From assembly GCF_006345805.1 (NCBI RefSeq), contig NC_042997.1, positions 28,272,001 to 28,336,000 on the forward strand: DNA of 64,000 bases. The letters run 5' to 3'. A program made the position numbers and the translations under genes. This stretch comes from Octopus sinensis (lineage: Eukaryota). This document shows positions 55,336-64,000 of this stretch, in pieces. How positions within the stretch are numbered: the stretch's first letter is position 1; each line of letters starts with the position of its first letter. Under the pieces are notes generated by a model. It was not told where the DNA came from and ran no database searches. It saw only the letters and a program-made list of their open reading frames with translations.

Positions 55336-55716
55336 GGAGGCGCAATGGCCCAGTGGTTAGGGCAGCGGACTCGCGGTCATAGGATCGCGGTTTCGATTCC
55401 CAGACCGGGCGTTGTGAGTGTTTATTGAGCGAAAACACCTAAAGCTCCACGAGGCTCCGGCAGGGGATGGTGGTGATCCCTGCTGTACTTTTGCACAACA
55501 ACTTTCTCTCACTCTTACTTCCTGTTTCTGTTGTACCTGTATTTCAAAGGGCCGGCCTTGTCACTCTCTGTGTCACGCTGAATATCCCCGAGAACTACGT
55601 TAAGGGTACGCGTGTCTGTGGAGTGCTCAGCCACTTACACGTTAACTTCACGAGCAGGCTGTTTCGTTGATTCGGATCAACCGGAACCCTCGTCGTCGTA
55701 ACCGACGGAGTGTTCC
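55336..55716 (+). mobile_element. Chimeric SINE: family B head with tail type 2
   Basis: Head matches 18441/40953. Tail matches 41865 and 62050-62224. Confidence 0.9.
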
Positions 55717-56209
55717 ATGAGTGTTTGTGTGTGTGTATGTGTGTGTATGTATATGTATGAGGCTGTATGTATGCGTGTGTTTCCAGATCTGAGTTTAAAT
55801 TTGGGCATGTACCTGGGTTCGTATTGACCTGAAGCGTAGAATTCAGTGCTCCAATATAACCGACGTGCAGCGGGTGAATCAACCAAGATATTCTGTTCTT
55901 TAGGGAAAAATTCAAATAACTTGTAAACATTTGAAACGTATGACTCATTTTCATTTTTTTTAGTGTACATGTAAGCATGCAAACATTAATTTCTTATACT
56001 CTAGCTAGCAATTGTGGAAGTTGATCAATTAAAAAAAAAACAGTGTTTTTTCACTGAGATACTCTTGATACCCATAACTATGTCAGAATTTTACTCTAAA
56101 TTTAACATTCACAGGCATACTAAGAGGACTAAAATCTGAATATTTATCGCTAAAATTTAATTGTGATCATCTGCCTCCATGCAAACACATATGTGTACGT
56201 ATATATAAA

Positions 56210-56436
56210 TCATCCACTGAGGAGGAAGCCAGTTTCCAACAATGATACAAGGGTCTATCTCTGGGATGTAGTTAACACAGATACATTCACATTTGGAAAT
56301 TGAGAAGCGTCTTGCATATTTTTACTGTTCCTCTGACAGATTGCCCTTTGTGAAAATCCCAGTTTCTCCAGATTCCCCTTTAAGCATTTACTAACACAAC
56401 CTAGTGTTCCAATTATTTTTGTTATGAATATGAATT
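56210..56436 (-). mobile_element. 3' end of an RLE-type (R4/Dong-like) LINE
   Basis: IIGTLGCVSKCLKGNLEKLGF resembles the C-terminal PI.IGALG motif. Abuts (TACA)n. Confidence 0.5.
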
Positions 56437-56469
56437 GTATATATGTATGAATGTATGTATGTATGTATG

Positions 56470-56500
<31 letters not shown>

Positions 56501-56536
56501 GTATGTACTATGTACGTGAGAATTCATGCATGCCTG

Positions 56537-56642
<106 letters not shown>

Positions 56643-56674
56643 CCTATATCTTTGTCTCGCTCTCTCACTCTGCT

Positions 56675-56705
<31 letters not shown>

Positions 56706-57819
56706 GTATATACATATATATTTAAATATGAATACACATATAAACATATATACACGTGTGTACGTGTATATTACAACGTAAAACATCAAATTACTTTTGA
56801 TATTCATAATATTTTCTTATACAATACATCTTCTCTAACATGCTTTGCTAACTCACATTCTTATATAGAATACAATACAATACAATACAATACATACATA
56901 CACACATACATACATACATACATACATACATACATACATACATAATACATATTTACATACATGCACACATGCATACATATATACAAAGACAAACACAAGC
57001 ACAAACACATTCACTCGTATGCATATGTTAGGTGAGTAAAAAAGGAAGAAAATTAGATATTGAGATGGAAAGAAATTACATAAACATATACAGCAAATAC
57101 GTTTATATTTAGAAGTCTTCAGTGACAAATATTATGTGTTAGTCAAAATTTACTTGAATTGGGACCTTTATGCTAAACTTAAAGACAAAGTTGAAGTTAG
57201 TCATTAAGCTGACGGACACCAAAGCCCAGAAGCAATGTACACAGAATTTCGAATGTATATTAATACTTGACTTTCATCTCAACCTGTTTATCTGATCAAC
57301 ATCTGAACCCAACATTGGCGTCGAAAGACTTTGACAACCATAGACTCTTCATTGTCTTCATTCATCATTAATAAGTTGATTTAGTCCTGATTCCTCCCAT
57401 CCAGATAAACACATTAAATTTCAAAATCTCCTTCTCTTCGTTTAAATCTATGTATTGGTTCTTTATAAAAGTCGGATAACTTCCTGTCGCCATTTTTTTT
57501 CTTTTGACCTTTTTCTTCATTACACAGTTTATCAACTACAGTTTCCTCTTGTTCAGTATTTAACACTGCATCCTTTAGTCTGAACGAATCTACTATTTAA
57601 TGTGTTGTTAATTCATTTATTATTAACACGCTTCCATTCATACTAGATTCAAATACTGACATATCTAAATATAGTAAGGATACACATAGGCTTACACGCA
57701 CAAGCGCACACGAACATCCGAGTTTATAAATAACTTACATTTGAATAACTATTTACATGAGCACAAAGCTATAGATATAAGCGCACCCATATATAAATAT
57801 ATATGAATGCGTGCGTGTG

Positions 57820-57834
57820 TCTATATCTATCTAC

Positions 57835-57918
<84 letters not shown>

Positions 57919-57963
57919 ATATCTATCTATCTATCTATCTAGCTATCTATCTACCTACCTATC

Positions 57964-58036
<73 letters not shown>

Positions 58037-58061
58037 GTCTATCTATCTATCTATATATCTC

Positions 58062-58105
<44 letters not shown>

Positions 58106-58111
58106 CCTATC

Positions 58112-58163
<52 letters not shown>

Positions 58164-58299
58164 CCTATCTATCTATCTATCTATCTATGTGCAGCCCTGT
58201 GTGGCCAATAAAGAAACTTATCTATCTATTTATCTATCTATCCATCTATCTATCTATCTATCTATCTATCTATATATCTATCTATCTATCTAACAATCA

Positions 58300-58333
<34 letters not shown>

Positions 58334-58385
58334 ATATCTATTTATCTATCTAGCTGTCTATCTATCTATCTAGCTAGCTAGCTAT
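57820..58385. repeat. Long (TCTA)n microsatellite
   Basis: About 560 bp, with one short unique insert near 58190-58218. Confidence 0.95.
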
Positions 58386-59127
58386 AGGTGTATATATATA
58401 TGTGTGTGTGTTTGTGTGTGTTTGTGTGTGTGTGTTTTTGAGTGTGTATGTGTTTGTGCGTGTGCGTATGTGTATGTGTTTTCATACATGCGTGTGTGTG
58501 TATGTATGTGTTTATATATTCCATGTGTGTACGCGTAATTGTTATGCTTTCTTCTCCGTGCTTTTCGGTACAAAATATAACATTTAGTTAATTTGATTCT
58601 ATATATTTAATTTTATTCATATAATTTACTTCAAGGAGAAATAATGGAAATTAATAAAGTTAATTTATTACTATTTTAGAAAAGAATTACTTTCTTCGGT
58701 GGCATTATTCATATAATTCTCCTCCTCATTCAATCATTTGCTCCTGGAGCGTTTTAATGCACTAAACTTCTCAGTTACAGGTCATGTCGACCAAATAGCA
58801 TGAGGCTACGTGGTACATTTAAACGTAACAGGTCATAACATTTGTTCTATGTTATACGTTCATAGTCAAGAGAGTCTCCTACAGAAAAGTAACATACCAT
58901 TTCGAAGTTAAGTATATTCAAGTCTTAAAGAATGTATTGCGCATGTTAATTTACTTTTATATCGTGTGTAGCATGTGTACATGCTCGCGGGTATATATAC
59001 ATATGTGTGTGTGTGTGTGTGTGTGCGTGTGTGTGTGTGTGTGTATGCGCGTGTATGTGCGCGTGAGTGTGACAAGAAACAAAACTGAAATTCCTAGTAG
59101 GATATTGTGAAACATGTATCTGATATT

Positions 59128-59129
59128 TA

Positions 59130-59168
<39 letters not shown>

Positions 59169-59478
59169 CATTGTGTACAGTGCTCAGGTGCACTACAACT
59201 CATCTAAAGTGTATATATAATCAGGTGTAGTTTCGGCGGATTTCGGAAAGCATGAGGGCCTTAAAGGATGCAGTGTCATGGCAGTCAACAACTGACGCAG
59301 GCAGTTTATTCCATGCTTCAGCAACTCTGAGCGTGAAAAAATGTTTCCGAAAGTCATGGGAGCTGTGTTGTTTTCTGACTTTGTAGGCATGTCCACGTGT
59401 GTTAGACACATGGAGATCAAAAAGGTGTTCAGTGTTGTTGTTGGGTGAACAGATAGCTTGTAAAAGAAGCAACAACTA
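59128..59478 (-). mobile_element. 5'-truncated CR1-like LINE 3' end with (ATT)n tail
   Basis: NTRGHAYKVRKQ...RKHFFTLRVAEAWNKLP, followed by GCACCTGAGCACTGTACACAATG(ATT)n. Confidence 0.88.
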
Positions 59479-60380
59479 ACGTTGTGTCCCTGAGCTAATA
59501 TGGAAATGCGGTATATACAATGTGCATGCTAATTATGAAATACGAATAATACTCAAATATAATGAAATTAAATATAATTAAAAATATATCAATTATTTGC
59601 AAATGAACAAATATTAGTGACTGAAGTAAAGGAAGAGAGAATGTGTAACTCTATGTTAATAAAAATAAGGAAATGAAAACATTTAATGCACAAAAAAACT
59701 CACAGTAAGAAGAAATCATTGGTTCATTACAAAACTGAATTGCGTATATGGAGCATATAGAATTGATTTTGTTTTCATTCAAAGAGTATTGGCGAAGCAT
59801 ATTTTGCACCACTGCCGATCACTGTGGAAAATAGATGCAATGTAAAATATATTTACTGTTAAATCAATCAAATTACCTGGCAATGAACACCTCATTACGT
59901 ATTCTAGTCCTGGACGAGAACTGGTTACCAGATTTAATAGGTTTTACGCGTAAAATCACCAAATATTGGCCTAGGGATATAAATCATATCAAAGCGTACA
60001 TAAATTCTTAATTTAGGTACGAATGCGAAAACCCCAAAACATAAACGAAGATTCATAGACAGAAAAAAAAATATACTTATACTATCTATATACATACATT
60101 GCGAAATTTCGTTTCCGAATAGCTGAAACCTAACTGCATATAACTACGTTCAACTGATATAGAAATATTGACTTTTACAAAGAATAAAACTATTAAACAT
60201 TTGCAACTGTTAGGCACATACTAAATATTTGATCATAAAATGTTTACCCACAAGACCAGTTGGTTCAAGGTAGCTAATGTCTTGGAAATAGCTACTCCGT
60301 ATCATCGTAAGAATCATTCGATGGTGAGAAAGCAAACTCATTACAAACACCACATTGTATGTATTTGTCTCTATACATAC

Positions 60381-60419
<39 letters not shown>

Positions 60420-60493
60420 GGGATACACACACGCACACAGACACAGACACAGACACACGCACACACACACACATGCACACACACACACAACAC

Positions 60494-60532
<39 letters not shown>

Positions 60533-60552
60533 TATATATATATATATATATA

Positions 60553-61333
60553 CTTACGAACCAAATCGTTCCGGATTCAGTCCCACAGCGTGTCATCTTG
60601 GGCAAGTGTCTTTTACTATAGCCACGAGCTGACCAAAGCCTTGTGAGTGGATTTGATAGACGCAAAATGAAAGAAGACCGTCGTATACGTGTGTGTGTGA
60701 GTGTGTGTTTGTCCCTTCATCATCATTTGACAACCGATACAGGCTTGCTTACGTCCTCGTAACTTAGAGGTTGGGGAAAAGATACCGATAGAATAAGTAC
60801 TAGGTTTACAAAGAATACGTCCTGAGGTTTGACTAAAGGTAGTACTCCATTATGGCCACAGTCAAGTGACTTGGAGTGGCTGTGTGGTAAGTAGCTTCCT
60901 TACAAACATGGTTCTGAGTTCAGTCCCACTGCGTGACACCTTGGGCAAATGTCTTCTGCTATAGCCTCGGGCCGACCAAAGCCTTGAGAGTGGATTTGGT
61001 AGACGGAAAATGAAAAAAGCCCGTCGTATATATATATATATATATATAATATATATATATATGTGTGTGTGTGTGTATGTGTGTGTGTGTATGTGTGTGT
61101 GTGTTTGTGTGTGTATATATATGTTTGTGTGCCTGTGTTTGTCCCCCCAACATCGCTTGACAACCGATGCTGGTGTGTTTACGTCCCCGTAACATAGCGA
61201 TTCGGAAAAACAGACAGATAGAATAAGTACTAGGCTTACAAAGAATAAGCCCTGGGGTCGATTTGCTCGACTAAAGGAGGTGTTCCAGCATGGCCATAGT
61301 CAAATGACTGAAACAAGTAAAAGAGTAAAAGAG
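60553..61333 (+). mobile_element. Tandem pair of SINE family A copies
   Basis: Older copy 60553-60871 is cut before its terminal tail. Better-preserved copy 60872-61333 follows directly. Confidence 0.88.
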
Positions 61334-61339
61334 TATATA

Positions 61340-61575
61340 TATATATATAAATAATAAATATTAGGGAATATATCCAAATTTACAGGGAAAAAAAATCAGA
61401 TTTAGGATTAAATCCATTTTATAGTAAAATATTATAAAATATTATTTGAGACAAAACCACTATTTTGCAAAACAAACAAGGAAGACTTAATCAATACATA
61501 AAATTTAATTAAATTTTATGTATTGATTAAGTCTTTCCTTGTTTGTTTTGCAAAATAGTGGTTTTGTCTCAAATA

Positions 61576-61585
<10 letters not shown>
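61340..61585. repeat. Foldback repeat copy 2 with ~150-bp loopless palindrome
   Basis: Arms 61433-61508 and 61509-61585, one indel. Confidence 0.85.
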
Positions 61586-61621
<36 letters not shown>

Positions 61622-61903
61622 TAAAAGAAATTTATTTTTTCTGATCGGTAAATATTACAAAATTCTAAGGTCTATATACTCTTACAAACACAGGTAGTTT
61701 CGAATCTACACCTTATACTTCCTTATTTCTAGTGAGAATATGATCTGTTCTTGAAAATTCTTGCTCAAGGTGATGTCAGCTTAGGTATCTTTCTTATGAA
61801 AGATGATCGCCCAGTAGTACGCCACCGACATTATATCAAGGAATACGAATGGACAATAGAGATTGGTCCCAGTGTCATTTCATTCTTAGTAGTCACAACG
61901 CAG

Positions 61904-62224
61904 TGAGGGCGCGTGGCTTAGTGGTTAGGGCATTCGGCTCATGATCGTAAGGCTGTGAGTTCGATTCCCTGCGACGCGTTGTGTCCTTGAGCAAGACACT
62001 TTATTTCACGTTGCTCCAGTCCACTCAGCTGGCAAAAATGAGTTGTACTTCTATTTCAATTGGTCAGCCTTGTCACTCTCTGTGTCACGTTGATTATCCC
62101 CGAGAACTACGTTAAGGGTACACGTGTCTCTGGAATGCTCAGCCATTTGCACGTTAATTTCACGAGCAAGCTGTTCCGTTGATCGTATCAGCTGGGACCC
62201 TCGTCGTCGTAACCGGCGGAGTCT
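61904..62224 (+). mobile_element. SINE family D (CORE-like) with 17-bp TSD
   Basis: TTAGTAGTCACAACGCA (61886-61902) and TTAGAAGTCACAACGCA (62225-62241). Confidence 0.9.
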
Positions 62225-63069
62225 TTAGAAGTCACAACGCAAAGAGCCACAAGTGATATCTCAAGTCTTTCTGTCCAATGATCTAGAAGTTGTCTTACTT
62301 CACAGACATTGAGGAATAATTTATTTATGGACTCCATGCAGATGAAACACAAAGCTGATCATAATGCAATTTATATTATGAATGCAGTAAGGTCTGCAAA
62401 TCTGCCGCCTCAGTATCTATTACATATATGAATTTTAATTAAAAAAACATCTATTACATTAATTTTCTTTCTGATAACCATGTACGCAACATATTTTGTT
62501 TTACATCTCGAATTGTTCAACACAATTTTGAAATTAGAATGTTTCCGGGTTCTTTGATAACTATGGGTTCATTGCAGACAACCAAACCGTAAAAGGACAA
62601 TGGATAGTGCGTTTTATTTTACATCATCAGTTAGACTCCATCTGCACAATGTGACCCAAAGATATTCTAGTTTTCTGTTGAAAAAAGGATGTTAATGCTT
62701 TAACCATGCCGTCGGACGTATTTGGTTCGTCAGTTTATTTCGAACAACATAGAAGAATAGACAGTATCAATAAACTGCTTCTGATGCTCTTTCTAAACAT
62801 TCTGACCATTTCACTCTAGAGTAGCTACGGAATATAACAAGAATGTTAGACTTTAGGGATAACTAGCAATAGTTTATGCATCGATCATATAACCAGCTCA
62901 TATTCGTTTCATATCACTACTTGTTTCTTAATATAGGAGACGAAAGTAGAATTTAACTAGTTTATTTTTCATTCATCATATATCTACATATTTCGGAATA
63001 TAGGAGACAAAAGTAAAATATGAAATCAGACTTCCTTAAGGATCAGCTCCTAAGGTTTCAGAGGTTTAC

Positions 63070-63830
63070 TCTAACTTGATCTCAGTAGCATTGCCACACA
63101 TAATTAGAGTCACTCTGTCCTTGTGTGCCTTAAATCGTGGAGCTCTGTCTTTGTCCTTCTTGAAGTACGTTCTGGAAGGCATTTCTTCCAGAGGTTAGTC
63201 TCGTCCATATTGAAAAACTGTTCCGGCTTGTATCCCATGTCCTTGATGATCTGCCTGAAGGTCTCAAGGTACTTCTCAGCGGCTTTTTTATCGGCTGATG
63301 TTGTCTCCATGCAGGAAGGCACTATATTTTCAAACGTTTCTGGAAATGTTCAAACTATTCCTTGCTGGCTTGAAAATCTTTGGACTTCGGTGCTGTCAAT
63401 GGTCTTGGTTGCGGTTCGTCGATGCCTTCAGCTCTCTGCTTCGTCTCCTCTGTAGAAATGCTGGTATAATTTCCGCGCTTTCTCGCGAATGATTTTACCC
63501 TTCAAGGAAATGTTTTTCTTCTTGCAGTTAGTGATCCACAGTGCCAAGGTAGATTCTATCCTGACCAAGTGCTTATTTCACATTGTTGTTTTGGTACTCT
63601 CACAGAAACTTACTACTACGGTAGACCTGATAGCTACCTCTTTCTACTTTAAGTAACGTATAATGATTTCGTTGAGAGCCATAACAATGACCTACTGCAG
63701 CATAGCGTTTACTTTCTTGGAGCATATCCATCAGTTATACTTTCTCATGGAACATCATAACCTTTTTTCTGGAGCTTAGCTTCAGTGCTAGAAGCTTTAG
63801 AATGTGTAGGGCGTTTGGGTGCTTAAGGCA
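63070..63830 (-). mobile_element. Decayed pogo/Tigger-like transposase
   Basis: CKKKNISLKGKIIREKA and GYKPEQFFNMDETNLWKK. Confidence 0.85.
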
Positions 63831-64000
63831 CCCATGCTTCGAAAAACACAACACACAATAAAACACTCAAGATAGGTACTAGATGCAGTGTTCCCTCTAA
63901 AAACGTACCAACACAACCTTCCTTGCTTCTAATATATGCATACCACCAATGGGAGATTGAGCAGAGATTAAAAATAATAATGGTTTTGAAAAATTTAGTT

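Noticed and set aside
62705-62750. Minus-strand CTGACGA-ACCA...TGGT-TAAA
   Set aside because: G12 is missing and there is no convincing stem I or III.

Overview
Very AT-rich, microsatellite-dense eukaryotic DNA. The SINE families and repeat landscape suggest a cephalopod (Octopus-like) intron or intergenic region; this is inference. No complete host gene is recognisable, and almost all listed ORFs are microsatellite artefacts or decayed transposon frames. The window is mostly mobile-element debris: about 17 tRNA-derived SINE copies of four head types, decayed LINEs (RTE/BovB-like, Tx1/L1-like, CR1-like, RTE-X-like, R4/Dong-like), a near full-length mariner and a partial sister copy, two maT-like remnants, a pogo/Tigger remnant, two Helitron-like elements and several foldback MITEs. 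The most notable signal is a set of minimal hammerhead-ribozyme motifs in Penelope-like repeat ends. They include one intact canonical C3-G8 copy and two apparent compensatory core variants (U3-A8, and G3-C8 capping an 86-bp hairpin). Other points of interest: a ~306-bp repeat unit carrying a tRNA-like gene in inverted copies, a LINE-ORF1-like relic with tandem CCCH zinc fingers, TG...CA-ended elements flanked by ATAT, and SINE head/tail shuffling. A few isolated exon candidates exist, but no product can be assigned.
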